From positions 32,001-96,000 of the forward strand of contig JBNKHE010000005.1 of NCBI GenBank assembly GCA_050290185.1: a DNA stretch of 64,000 nucleotides, given 5' to 3'. The stretch is from Pontiella sp. GTDB taxonomy: Bacteria > Verrucomicrobiota > Kiritimatiellia > Kiritimatiellales > Pontiellaceae. A program made the translations under genes and the position numbers. Every line of letters begins with the position of its first letter. The stretch's first letter is position 1. Of the stretch, positions 33,329 through 43,383 are shown in pieces. The notes below the pieces were generated by a model that had not been told where the DNA came from, ran no database searches, and saw only the letters and a program-made list of their open reading frames with translations.

Positions 33329-34204
33329 TTAATACTCGCGTCTCATCAGAAATTGTGCGATTGCACTCAATGCCGTTGTGTCGCACGTAAGCATGTCGAT
33401 GGCGGCGACGGCTTCATCGGTCAAAACCCTGACTTTTTGACGGGCTGCGTCCATGCCGTGAACCGCCTGGTAGGTCATTTTTTGGTGTTCGATATCTGCC
33501 CCCGCATGCTTGCCTAGAATTTCATCGGTTGAGATTTCGTCGAGGATGTCGTCTTCTATTTGAAAGGCGAGGCCGATTTTCTCGCCAAAAATGCTTATAT
33601 TTTCCAACTCATCGTCCGCCGCTCCTGCTGCAATGGCTCCCATGCAAACAGCGGCGCGGATGAGAATAGCGGTCTTGTTGTAGTGAATGAAATCCACAAG
33701 GTTGGCATTCGGCGTTTTTCCTTCGGCTTCGAGATCCTCAACCTGTCCGGCAATAACGCCCTGCGAACCGGCAGCTTTCGCCAATTCTAACGAAAGTGCG
33801 GGGTTGCCGTGTTCGGCCAAGACCTGGAAGGCGCGAATCATCAGTGCATCGCCGGCGAGCACGGCGTTGGCCTCACCATATTTTACATGGCAGGTAGGCA
33901 TGCCGCGCCGCAGGTCGTCATCATCCATGCAAGGGAGATCGTCATGAATCAATGTGGAGCAATGAAACAGTTCCACAGCGATGGCCGGCATAATGGTTTC
34001 TGTTCCCGGTCTTCCAAACGCTTCGGCCGCTGCGATGCATAGGATTGGACGGATGCGTTTTCCTCCGTTTAGCACGCAGTAGCGCATGGCTTCGTGCAGA
34101 ACCCCGGGGCGTGTGCTCTCCGGAGGAAGGCAATCCTTCAAGGCAAGGTCAACCATCGACTGCCGTTCCTTGAGATAGCGGGAAATATCAAACATTGAAA
34201 TCAT
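33329..34204 (-). CDS. ispA: Short-chain isoprenyl diphosphate synthase (IspA/GGPPS type)
   Basis: GGKRIRP, HDDLPCMDDDDLRRG, FQIEDDILD. Confidence 0.88.
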   Translation of the reverse strand: MISMFDISRYLKERQSMVDLALKDCLPPESTRPGVLHEAMRYCVLNGGKRIRPILCIAAAEAFGRPGTETIMPAIAVELFHCSTLIHDDLPCMDDDDLRRGMPTCHVKYGEANAVLAGDALMIRAFQVLAEHGNPALSLELAKAAGSQGVIAGQVEDLEAEGKTPNANLVDFIHYNKTAILIRAAVCMGAIAAGAADDELENISIFGEKIGLAFQIEDDILDEISTDEILGKHAGADIEHQKMTYQAVHGMDAARQKVRVLTDEAVAAIDMLTCDTTALSAIAQFLMRREY

Positions 34205-34327
34205 CTTTGGTTTTTGTATGAAAAGGGGTAATTCCCCTACATGCGTGCGGTGTGTATAGGGGAATTTTTCTGGATTGAAAACAGGAAAGAATATCCAACT
34301 TTGCGCAGCGCAGGTTTGTGCCGCGGC

Positions 34328-35815
34328 TTATCTTTGCTGTGAAAACAAACCGCCGGTGTAGCCATCGAGCGTGGCGGTGAGTTCATACAGCCGGAGTTGC
34401 TTGAGTGTGGTATCTTCTGTTCCAGGCATCACCAGAGCGATTTCATGTTTCAATCGCAATCGCTCGAAATAGAGCCGGTTGACTTCATCCAGAATATCCA
34501 GACGCAATTGGGTGGTCAGCTTGGTGCGGTTGTCAACGTCGTCTTCGTATGAGTTCCATATCAGGTTGCCCATATCCCATGTCAGGGATACGCCCCAATC
34601 GTTGGGACCTTCAGCATAATAATAGCCTGAACTGGTAAAACTGGATCCGATGGTCTTGTCATAGTCCACGTCAAGTTTGGGGAGAAGGGCCCTGTATTTA
34701 AGCCGTCTTTTCCATGCGCCCGTTTTTTCGGGATCAACCGAGTTGTAGCGCATGGCAGCTTCCTGTACCTCGTGGATGGAAGGCTCTCCTTCCAATATAT
34801 CCGCAAGTCCGTTCCGCGATACCCTGGGGGCTGGATCTGCATCTCCCTGTTTGAACAATCCCTGATCGGTTGCCAAATAGATTTCACCCGAATCCGATAT
34901 GTCCGTCCACCGGATTTTTGATGTAGGAAGGCCACTGAAAAGGGATTGGGATTCGCCGGTAGTGATATCGACTTTGAAAAATCCGGCCTCGCTGCACAGA
35001 TAGAAATGATTCCCGTCCAGCGGGAACTGTGCGAGACACGTGGCCGTGGCATTTCCGGTTCCAACGGTATAGAACTTTTGCCACGTAGTGCCGCGGTCGA
35101 CAGAGAAATAGACCCCGTTGCTGGTGCAGAGCCAAAGCCTCGATGGCGTCATGGTATCGACTCTGATCTGATAGGGGATGGTTCTTTCGGTTCCGGCGCG
35201 CCGCGCAATGAACAGGCGCTTCAAGGTTCCATCCGTGCGATACAGATAAACGCCGCTGTCACAGGCCAGATACAGGTCATTGCCTGAGATTTCCATGGAG
35301 TAGACCGCCTCTTCCCGCAAGGCGGACACAGCCTTCCAGTTCACCTGCATGTCGTCGGTTACATACAACCCTTTGCTTGTTCCGGCAAAAAGAGCGCCTT
35401 TGTGCTGGAGGATAAAATGGAGTTCTTCATCTTCCCCTGTCGTGAAAATTCTCTTGGGCGAAGAAGACTTTTGCACCACATAACCGTTTCGGGATCCAGC
35501 GAGGTAGACCGATTCGACCGAGCCATTCGGGATGAAAATATAATTAATGGTTTCGTTTTTTAGACTGGCCGATTTTACAAAATTGGACCCGGCGTCCATG
35601 CTTAGGTAGAGGGCATTGTCCGAGGCCGCCGCCATGAAATTCGGATGCTCTTTGGATCGTTCAATTTGGCGGACTCTTGAATTTTCGATGCCGAGGACCT
35701 TGTGAAAGGTCCCGTTAGCATGGACCGAAAGAGCAACCGAGACGGTCGCCATGGCGACCGCGCGTAACAGGTTTGATCTATTTTTTCCCAGCCCGGCTGG
35801 CAGAAATACGCTCAT
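34328..35815 (-). CDS. Hypothetical secreted protein: beta-propeller-like repeats plus helical C-terminal domain
   Basis: Signal peptide (..SVHA); repeated 'L(F/Y)A(G)TxxG(L/V)Y' blades with Asp-box-like SMDAG and SVDRGTTW; helical C-terminus. Confidence 0.7.
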   Translation of the reverse strand: MSVFLPAGLGKNRSNLLRAVAMATVSVALSVHANGTFHKVLGIENSRVRQIERSKEHPNFMAAASDNALYLSMDAGSNFVKSASLKNETINYIFIPNGSVESVYLAGSRNGYVVQKSSSPKRIFTTGEDEELHFILQHKGALFAGTSKGLYVTDDMQVNWKAVSALREEAVYSMEISGNDLYLACDSGVYLYRTDGTLKRLFIARRAGTERTIPYQIRVDTMTPSRLWLCTSNGVYFSVDRGTTWQKFYTVGTGNATATCLAQFPLDGNHFYLCSEAGFFKVDITTGESQSLFSGLPTSKIRWTDISDSGEIYLATDQGLFKQGDADPAPRVSRNGLADILEGEPSIHEVQEAAMRYNSVDPEKTGAWKRRLKYRALLPKLDVDYDKTIGSSFTSSGYYYAEGPNDWGVSLTWDMGNLIWNSYEDDVDNRTKLTTQLRLDILDEVNRLYFERLRLKHEIALVMPGTEDTTLKQLRLYELTATLDGYTGGLFSQQR

Positions 35816-36027
35816 GAGACCCCCAACGTGATTGTAAAATTGTAAGTATAACGAAAAACTGAAACATATAATAAGTTCAGGACTGGGAAAAATTTCAAGC
35901 ATTAATGTTAATATATAAATATATCATAGTAAATAAGACTAGATGATCCGGGCATTGGTGGTTTTCATGGGGGATTTAACGGGTGTTCTGCATGGGAATT
36001 TGCGCCCGGCGACTGAGAAACCTGTAC

Positions 36028-36056
36028 TTGACCTAAACAGGCCGGCCCCATAGACT
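36028..36056 (+). promoter_or_regulatory. Sigma70-like promoter
   Basis: TTGACC-17 nt-TAGACT. Confidence 0.6.
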
Positions 36057-36101
36057 ACGCCCTCATTTTTGAAAACAGCTGTTTAAAGGAGCAATCATTA
36101 T

Positions 36102-36803
36102 ATGAGCAACGATGCAAGTACGGAGAAACAAGCCCGCGCAACCCACGCACTGATTTTTGAGCTGGAGTATGTGGCCGCCAAGACGCGCGCTGTGGAATTC
36201 GAGGCGATCAAGAGTGCGGTTTCAAACAAGGGCGTGGAGCTTACCCCGGTCATGTTTTCACGTTCGGGGATGTCGCCGGTGCATCGGACCGCGATTACGA
36301 ATGTGCTGACCCTGGCCGGCAAGAAATCGGACGCGATCGAAAAGGCCGTGAATGAATTGGACAAGACCGTGACCAATTACTGCGAAAATGAAGCAACACT
36401 GGACGCAGGGCTTGAAAAGCTTATCAAGGCAACACAAAAACGCGGTATCCCCGTCATTACTTTCACGGCGCTACCCAAGGATTTGGCTAAAAAACTGATG
36501 TCGAAGCTCGGTCTGGATGCTCTTGGCGTGGAACTCGTGATACCCGATGAGGTCAAGGATTCTTTCCCGCGTGCCGATGATTGGCTTAAGATGCTAAAAC
36601 AGTGCAACAAGGAATTCGTTACTTTGGTTGCCGTAGTATCCTCGCTCGTCGCCTGCAAGGGAGCCCTCACAGCGGGCGCGGCCTGTATTGTGGTGCCTGA
36701 TGAATACACAGCGTTCCAGGATTTTGGCGGCGCGAAGCTTGTTCTCGAATCGTTGGGTGACGAGAAGCCCGATACGATTCTGGATATGACGTTGCGCATG
36801 TAG
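36102..36803 (+). CDS. HAD-fold protein with degenerate catalytic motifs
   Basis: ALIFELEY (DxD replaced by ExE), C-terminal AGAACIVVPD..QDFGGA like beta-PGM/CbbY family; AAGGAG RBS. Confidence 0.65.
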   Translation: MSNDASTEKQARATHALIFELEYVAAKTRAVEFEAIKSAVSNKGVELTPVMFSRSGMSPVHRTAITNVLTLAGKKSDAIEKAVNELDKTVTNYCENEATLDAGLEKLIKATQKRGIPVITFTALPKDLAKKLMSKLGLDALGVELVIPDEVKDSFPRADDWLKMLKQCNKEFVTLVAVVSSLVACKGALTAGAACIVVPDEYTAFQDFGGAKLVLESLGDEKPDTILDMTLRM

Positions 36804-36821
36804 TGCGTGGGTCTCAATGAT

Positions 36822-36849
36822 AAAGCGTCCCGGGCGGGGCGCTTTTTTT
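36822..36849 (+). terminator. Intrinsic terminator
   Basis: AAAGCGTCCCG/CGGGGCGCTTT followed by T-run. Confidence 0.8.
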
Positions 36850-36872
36850 GTGATTTGAATGGGAGGATTAAA

Positions 36873-37661
36873 ATGGCTAAAGCTGGCGAAGCGATGGAGC
36901 GGTTGCTTGAAGTAATGCGCAGATTGCGTGCACCCGATGGTTGCCCATGGGATCGGGAGCAAACCCACGAAACGCTCAAGTCCGATCTGGTCGAAGAGGC
37001 GTACGAAGTCATTGATGCCATTGAAAGCGGCGAGGTATCCCAGCTCGAAGAAGAATTGGGAGATCTCTTGCTGCAAGTCGTCTTTCATTCTCAAATCAGC
37101 ACAGAGAACGGGCATTTCGAATTTTCTGATGTAGCCGATGCCATTATCGAGAAGCTGGAACGCCGCCATCCTCATGTTTTTGGCAACGTAGAGGTTTCGG
37201 GTTCCGGCGAAGTGCTTCAGAATTGGGATGCCATAAAAAAGGCAGAGAAACAGGGTGATGGGAAACCGGCATCCATTGTATCCGGGATTCCGAAACACCT
37301 GCCGGCGTTGCAAAAGGCCCATCAGATCCAGAAGCGTGCCGCACGGGCGGGTTTTGACTGGGCGCATATCGACGATGTGTTTGCCAAGTTGCACGAAGAG
37401 ATTGATGAACTGAAAGAAGCCATTAGCCGCGAGCACGAACCGGATATCCGGGACGAACTCGGCGATCTTCTTTTCTCCGTGGTCAACGTCAGCCGTTTTC
37501 TAGGGCATAATCCCGAGGAGTTGCTTAACCACAATGTGAAAAAATTTGTCCGGCGATTCGAACGGGTGGAAGATCAGGTGCACGCGACAGGCAAAGGATT
37601 CAAGGAGTTTTCACTCGAAGAGCTGGACGCGTTCTGGGAAGAGGCTAAAAGCGAAGAGTAA
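36873..37661 (+). CDS. mazG: Nucleoside triphosphate pyrophosphohydrolase MazG
   Basis: GCPWDREQT, EELGDLLLQVVFH, RRHPHVF, two MazG domains. Confidence 0.96.
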   Translation: MAKAGEAMERLLEVMRRLRAPDGCPWDREQTHETLKSDLVEEAYEVIDAIESGEVSQLEEELGDLLLQVVFHSQISTENGHFEFSDVADAIIEKLERRHPHVFGNVEVSGSGEVLQNWDAIKKAEKQGDGKPASIVSGIPKHLPALQKAHQIQKRAARAGFDWAHIDDVFAKLHEEIDELKEAISREHEPDIRDELGDLLFSVVNVSRFLGHNPEELLNHNVKKFVRRFERVEDQVHATGKGFKEFSLEELDAFWEEAKSEE

Positions 37662-37726
37662 TGTCGGATAAGTGACGAGTAACCCGCACATTTTTGAGGA
37701 GAACCATCATCGCCTCACAGCTCCCA

Positions 37727-38431
37727 TCACTGCCTCCAGATTTTCAAGGCACTGATCGCACCAAAAAAACCGGTGGACTGCACCTCCGGTATGTTTTTCA
37801 TGATGGCCGGGATCTGGTGATGATTCCCTAGCCGTATCGGCATGTTTTCCCCGTTAAGAGGAGCATCGAGCGTGACCAATGCCACGCGCTTGCGGTTTAT
37901 GGTCAAATAAGCCATGTCCTGCTTGATTCGCAGTTCTATTGTCGCCAGTTGTTTGCGGCTGTCTGTGATGCCGGTTTGCTGATTTTCCTTGAGCACCATA
38001 GAGCAGTTTCCGGTGCGAACGACCACGTGGGGCGCGCCATTTTTAAGATAGATGGCGTATCCGGTTTCATCGTTGCATTGGGAAAGCACGATGCCATTTC
38101 CTCCCTCTGGATATGAGCCCAGCTGCACCATGACAATCCATTCGCTGCCATCGGGCTGGATCAGGGTGCTGTGCGGAATGTCCAACCCTTCGTCCGGCAG
38201 GAAAACCAGCATGTTTTCGCCGAGCAAGGGTTCAATATTCAGCGGACCTTGAGGCACATGCAACGGATAAAAAGCCTTGTTCGGGATCAGCCCATTGGCA
38301 GCGTGTTGAAAATCCAGATTGAGCATCAGGCCCATCGGATGGCTGATGGGTTTGTTTGCTGCATGGAGCATCGGCTGGGCCGCGAGAAGCGAAGCGACAA
38401 TCAACAGTATTCCTGTTCGGGTTCTATTCAT
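37727..38431 (-). CDS. Secreted LamG/concanavalin A-like domain protein
   Basis: Signal peptide; beta-rich fold ending IRLGN...FFGAISALKIW. Confidence 0.6.
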   Translation of the reverse strand: MNRTRTGILLIVASLLAAQPMLHAANKPISHPMGLMLNLDFQHAANGLIPNKAFYPLHVPQGPLNIEPLLGENMLVFLPDEGLDIPHSTLIQPDGSEWIVMVQLGSYPEGGNGIVLSQCNDETGYAIYLKNGAPHVVVRTGNCSMVLKENQQTGITDSRKQLATIELRIKQDMAYLTINRKRVALVTLDAPLNGENMPIRLGNHHQIPAIMKNIPEVQSTGFFGAISALKIWRQ

Positions 38432-38566
38432 TGCTGCAATATAACAGCGAGCTAGCTCCGATGGAATACGAAAGATTCGATGCATGAGCGCTTGATGAAA
38501 TTGGATCTTCCTTTTCTTTCATCATATACGCATAGTAAATACCGTTTTTTTTCAAAGGAGTTCTGT

Positions 38567-39841
38567 ATGCTTATTAGTATTTTAGGTCTGGGTTATGTGG
38601 GGCTTCCGCTATGCCGTGAATTTGTCCGTGGCGGCGCCGAGGTGCTTGGGTTTGATGTGGATCCTGCTAAAATCGAGGCCATTGAAGCCGGACGGACCTA
38701 TATCGAACATATTCCCGATGAAACCATTGTGGAAATGGTTGGCTCCGGCCGATTTTCGGCTACGTGCGATCTGTCGCGTTTGTCTGAGCCGGATGCTATA
38801 TTGATTGCCGTTCCCACGCCGCTCAACAAGATGCGCGAACCGGACTTGAGCTATGTCGAAAAATCGTGCGAAGCCATTGCCAAACACTTACGCAAGGGGC
38901 AGTTGATCGTACTCGAATCGACCACCTATCCCGGAACGACGCGTGAAGTTATGAAGCCCATTCTGGAGGCTGGCAGTGGGCTGGTGGCTGGAGAAGATTT
39001 CCTGCTCGCCTATTCCCCCGAACGTGAGGATCCCGGTCGTAAGGATTTTTCCACCAAGACCATTCCCAAGGTGGTGGGCGGGCTGGACCGTCAATCACTG
39101 GACAGGGCCGTTGAGGTTTACCAGATCGCGATCGATACGGTGGTGCCGGTGAGCAGCTGTGATGCTGCCGAAGCCTGCAAGATTCTGGAGAACACCTACC
39201 GCGGAGTGAATATTGCGCTCGTCAACGAGCTGAAGATGCTGTTCGACCGCATGGGCATCGATGTGTGGGAAGTGATCGAAGCCGCCAAAACAAAACCATT
39301 TGGTTTTACGGCCTTCTACCCAGGGCCTGGGCTGGGCGGACACTGTATTCCGATCGATCCGTTTTATCTTACCTGGAAGGCCCGAGAGTTCGAGCAACCG
39401 ACCCGCTTCATCGAACTGGCCGGAGAAATCAACACCGCCATGCCGGAATGGGTGGTCAGCAAGGTCATGCATGCGCTGAACGATCACAGGAAATCCCTCA
39501 ACGGTTCAAGGATTCTACTTTTGGGGATGGCCTACAAGCCGGATGTAGATGATGACCGCGAATCTCCGAGCTATAAACTGATGGATCTGCTGACAAAGCG
39601 GGGAGGCGAAGTTGATTACCACGACCCGCATGTGCCGATGATTGGACATAAGCGGGAATACCCGCAGTACACCGGGAAGCAAAGCATTGTCCTAACGGCG
39701 GAGAACATCGCTCGATACGACTGTGTTCTGGTAGCAACCCATCATCGGAATGTTGACTATGCATTGGTGGTGTCAGCGGCGCAACTGATCGTCGATACCC
39801 GCAATATTGTCGGTGCAGCAGACCATGTGGTAAAGGCTTAG
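38567..39841 (+). CDS. UDP-N-acetylhexosamine 6-dehydrogenase (WbpA/WecC-like)
   Basis: GLGYVG, ESTTYPG, PGPGLGGHCIPIDP, DDRESP. Confidence 0.93.
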   Translation: MLISILGLGYVGLPLCREFVRGGAEVLGFDVDPAKIEAIEAGRTYIEHIPDETIVEMVGSGRFSATCDLSRLSEPDAILIAVPTPLNKMREPDLSYVEKSCEAIAKHLRKGQLIVLESTTYPGTTREVMKPILEAGSGLVAGEDFLLAYSPEREDPGRKDFSTKTIPKVVGGLDRQSLDRAVEVYQIAIDTVVPVSSCDAAEACKILENTYRGVNIALVNELKMLFDRMGIDVWEVIEAAKTKPFGFTAFYPGPGLGGHCIPIDPFYLTWKAREFEQPTRFIELAGEINTAMPEWVVSKVMHALNDHRKSLNGSRILLLGMAYKPDVDDDRESPSYKLMDLLTKRGGEVDYHDPHVPMIGHKREYPQYTGKQSIVLTAENIARYDCVLVATHHRNVDYALVVSAAQLIVDTRNIVGAADHVVKA

Positions 39842-40669
39842 ATGCCGGTGGATATGATCATGGACGATGTAAAACAGATTCTTTGTATTAAGTGGGGAAC
39901 CATGTACGGCCCTGAGTATGTCAACTGCCTGCATGGCATGATTTCCCGCAATCTCTCCTCTCCGTTCAAGCTCTATTGCATGACCGACGACCCGGAGGGG
40001 ATCCGACCGGAAGTGGAATGTCTGCCGTTGCCGGAACTGGGATTCGAGGTTCCGCCGGGAGCCCCTGGAAAATGGCCGAAGCAGGCCCTGTGGAACCGCG
40101 AGCTGTTCGGCTTGCGAGGCGTTGCCCTTTTTCTGGATCTCGATTCGGTGATAGTCGATTCCCTTGATCCCTATTTTGAATACGGGGAACAAACGGATGT
40201 AATCACGGCCCGAAACTGGGTCAAGCCGTGGTTGCGCGGTGCCCAGACATCGGTGTTCCGCTTTCCGATTGGCGCTCATCCGTACATGCTGGAGGATCTG
40301 CAGGAAAATCCCGGGCTTTGCGTTAAGTACCAGTTTGAGCAAAACTATGTAACCCATAACCTCAAGGGAGGGGTCAAGCTCTGGCCCAGCGCGTGGACCA
40401 GGCATTTTCGCCGGCACTGCATGGGGCAGTGGCCGATGCGTTACCTCCGACCACCCCGACTCCCTAAGAAATGCCGAATCGTTACGTTTCCGGGAAGTCC
40501 GAAACCGCCTGACGCCATCGATGGTCGCTGGTCGGGAAAACAGATATCGCGAAAACCGATGGAGCAGTTGCGCTGGGCGTTTTCGCAGCCGTCACGCAAG
40601 CAACGCCGTAAAGAGCTGCACCGCTACGTCCAGCCTTGTGCCTGGGTGGGAGAGCACTGGAGGCCCTAG
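39842..40669 (+). CDS. Putative glycosyltransferase (KWG..YGPEYVN family)
   Basis: CIKWGTMYGPEYVN, DLD (DxD), FPGSPKP. Confidence 0.7.
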   Translation: MPVDMIMDDVKQILCIKWGTMYGPEYVNCLHGMISRNLSSPFKLYCMTDDPEGIRPEVECLPLPELGFEVPPGAPGKWPKQALWNRELFGLRGVALFLDLDSVIVDSLDPYFEYGEQTDVITARNWVKPWLRGAQTSVFRFPIGAHPYMLEDLQENPGLCVKYQFEQNYVTHNLKGGVKLWPSAWTRHFRRHCMGQWPMRYLRPPRLPKKCRIVTFPGSPKPPDAIDGRWSGKQISRKPMEQLRWAFSQPSRKQRRKELHRYVQPCAWVGEHWRP

Positions 40670-40694
40670 TGCTTAGAGGGGAAAGATAATTAAG

Positions 40695-41546
40695 ATGGAA
40701 GAGAATAAGACCATGTCTGCGCTGGAATTTGACGATCAAGCTTCTTGGGGAACACACGCTTTAGAGGGGGATTTGAACAAGCGACTGGGGATATGCCAGC
40801 GCGTATCGTATTGGAGCGGATTCGGCCGTGTCGCCTTTTGGTTGCGCCATCCGCTCAAACATAGGCTGACCGGGCCGGTAGATACCGATATCTGGGGCTT
40901 GAAAATGCGGTTGATGCCGCGGGGAAATCTCTCAGAATCGCGCATGCTCTTTCTTCCCGGCTTGTTCGACCGGCGTGAACGGAAGTTCATGAGCAATCGC
41001 CTGAAGCCGGGATCCGTTTTTTTCGATATCGGGGCAAATGCCGGTGCATACAGTTTCTGGGCGTTCAGCTGCCTAAAGACCAACGGCTCCATCTATTCCG
41101 TCGAGCCCGATCCCGAGTTGCAGAAAAGAATCAAATTCAATGCCGCTACAAATGGAGCATCTTCCCTGACGGTGATTCCCGATGCCCTGAGTGACGAGGC
41201 CGGCGAAATGAAACTGGTTTTCGGGAAGGGAAATCGCGGGCAGAATAGTTTGGAGATAAAGAGCGACGAATCAGATGCAATTTCCGTTCGTGTACGCACG
41301 CTCGATACCCTCGTTAAGGATCTGGGGCTATCCAAAATCGATGCCATGAAGATCGATATTGAAGGCCATGAATTCCGGGTCATGAATCACTATTTCTCCA
41401 ATGCCGATAAGGCGCTGTGGCCAAAATGGATTATCTGCGAAACCTGTACGGAGCAACAGGCCGAGGGAATGGGTGACCTGCTTGATTCCGTTGGTTACAA
41501 GCGGGTTTGCAAAGGCAAGATGAACGATATTTTCGAACTTCCCTGA
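40695..41546 (+). CDS. FkbM family methyltransferase
   Basis: FFDIGANAG, VEPD, MKIDIEGHE. Confidence 0.92.
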   Translation: MEENKTMSALEFDDQASWGTHALEGDLNKRLGICQRVSYWSGFGRVAFWLRHPLKHRLTGPVDTDIWGLKMRLMPRGNLSESRMLFLPGLFDRRERKFMSNRLKPGSVFFDIGANAGAYSFWAFSCLKTNGSIYSVEPDPELQKRIKFNAATNGASSLTVIPDALSDEAGEMKLVFGKGNRGQNSLEIKSDESDAISVRVRTLDTLVKDLGLSKIDAMKIDIEGHEFRVMNHYFSNADKALWPKWIICETCTEQQAEGMGDLLDSVGYKRVCKGKMNDIFELP

Positions 41547-41548
41547 TC

Positions 41549-42553
41549 ATGAAAACCATCTGGATTGTAAGTGAAGGAAGCCCGGGACATGTGAGTCAGT
41601 CGCTCGGCTTGGCCGAAGGCCTTTCCGAACTGGAACCGATTCAGACAGTGACCGTAAACGGCCGGGTCAGAATTCGGGGTTGGCTTCGGCCTCTGGTGCG
41701 CCGCCTGATGGGGCCGACTGGCCGGCCGCTATCCGATACGCTGTTGCGATGGGTTGCAAAGGTCGAAATTCCAGAGAACAGTCCTGCGCCGGATCTCATA
41801 ATTTCCAGTGGTGGAAAAAGTGTCTTTGCGGCGCGCACGTTGGCGAGTCGCTACGATGTGCCCTATGTCTACATCGGTGAACGCAAACCTTTCCCCGCCG
41901 AATGGTTCCATACGGTGATCAGCCCCGTTCAGCGAGAATCATGTGCTAATTCGATTGATGTTGAACTGATTCCCACGCCGGTGACGCCGGAGATGATCAA
42001 ACAGAAGGGGGAGGTCGAACCCGGTATTTGGTGCATGGTGATCGGCGGGGCGTCGCGCAGTCACCGGTTTGCTGAATCCGACTGGGTCGAATTGGCCGAA
42101 GGGATGAACGCTCTGGCTGCGCGCGAAAATATCCGTTGGTTGATGACCACCTCACGCCGAACCGGGGACGCCGCCGAATCGGTGTTAAAGAAGCATCTCG
42201 ACCCCGATATACTTAAGGACGCCATCTGGTGGGCGGAGCAACCGCGCAAGGAGCTCTACACCTTCATGGCACGTTCCGAGGTGCTGTTCGTTACGCAGGA
42301 CAGCGTGACCATGGTAACTGAAACGGTTTCCGTGGGTAAGCCCGTAATCACGGTCTTTCCAAGCAATGTGGCATTCCCTACCGACAGTTTCATGCAAGCC
42401 TATCTGAATCGTCTGGAAGCGAATGGGCGCATTGTCCGGGTGGAGGCAGGAACCTTGGAAGACGCAGATATCGGAGCAATGGAATTCAAATGCATGCAGG
42501 GCGATCTATTGTCGTCCATATCCAAGGAGCTGTGCCAACGCATCGGTTGGTGA
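41549..42553 (+). CDS. ELM1/GtrOC1 family putative glycosyltransferase
   Basis: EGSPGHVSQSLGLA, TTSRRT, VTQDSVTMVTE. Confidence 0.85.
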   Translation: MKTIWIVSEGSPGHVSQSLGLAEGLSELEPIQTVTVNGRVRIRGWLRPLVRRLMGPTGRPLSDTLLRWVAKVEIPENSPAPDLIISSGGKSVFAARTLASRYDVPYVYIGERKPFPAEWFHTVISPVQRESCANSIDVELIPTPVTPEMIKQKGEVEPGIWCMVIGGASRSHRFAESDWVELAEGMNALAARENIRWLMTTSRRTGDAAESVLKKHLDPDILKDAIWWAEQPRKELYTFMARSEVLFVTQDSVTMVTETVSVGKPVITVFPSNVAFPTDSFMQAYLNRLEANGRIVRVEAGTLEDADIGAMEFKCMQGDLLSSISKELCQRIGW

Positions 42554-42579
42554 GTGGCGCAACCATTTAGTGGACCCTC

Positions 42580-43185
42580 TTACTTTTCTGAGCGTCCGAT
42601 TATGCGTCTTCTATATTTTCTGGATCTGCGGCGCAGGATTTTCCATTTTCGGTTTCCGGCCTTGTTGACATGAGGAAAATCGATTTTGGGAATGTCGCAG
42701 CCGAGAAAGGGACACAGCTTTTCCCATCCGTCTCCGTTGGAAAAGTCCATGATCAGAAAATCATTGGGGCGATCCTTGAAGTATTCCACGACCTCCTTGT
42801 TGTGGTCATTGTACCGTTTGAGGTAGATCTTTTCATTCCCCTCCAGACACCCGATGCCATAAATCCATTTCCGCATCGGTGTTTCCTTGAGTCCGAAATG
42901 CTTAACTTGGCTCTTGATCAATGATTCCGGGGTTCGCATGGTTCATAATGAACTTACTGCCGGGATACTCTGCAATCAGTTCCTTGTAGATAATAGGCCA
43001 TGGATTGTCTTGGAAGGCATCTTATTCTTCGCCAGTTCATAGGCCATGGGACGCACGTTGGTTGCAATATCTGGATCATGCCTGCCCGCTGCTCCGGCGA
43101 CCCGATAGCCCAATGTCTTCAATGCAAGCGCCAGGCTTGATGTTCCGGTCTTATGGAATCCTATGCAGAATACTTTTTGTTTCAT
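42580..43185 (-). pseudogene. Sulfotransferase-family gene disrupted by two frameshifts
   Basis: KVFCIGFHKTGTSSL (frame 1), DAFQDNPWPIIYKEL..YPGSKFI (frame 2), MRTPES...GWEKLCPFLG...FPHVN (frame 3). Confidence 0.8.
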
Positions 43186-43383
43186 CGTTCTCCTTGCATC
43201 GCGTGTTCGCCGGGCCATTGATCGCTGGAGAGCCATTTCTGAGGCGACTGTGGTACATGTTTTGTTTGGCCTCGACATACTTCATGGTTATATTATTAAG
43301 CATTTGTGGAATTCAACGTTCACATATACCTCGTTGATTTGAGCCCGCGTTGAAGAAACAAAGCTTTTATTGGGAGAACTACA

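Noticed and set aside
34230..34268. Hairpin AATTCCCCTA...TAGGGGAATT upstream of ispA
   Set aside because: Probably an ordinary terminator-like stem; its T-run is on the strand opposite the flanking genes and no further evidence exists.
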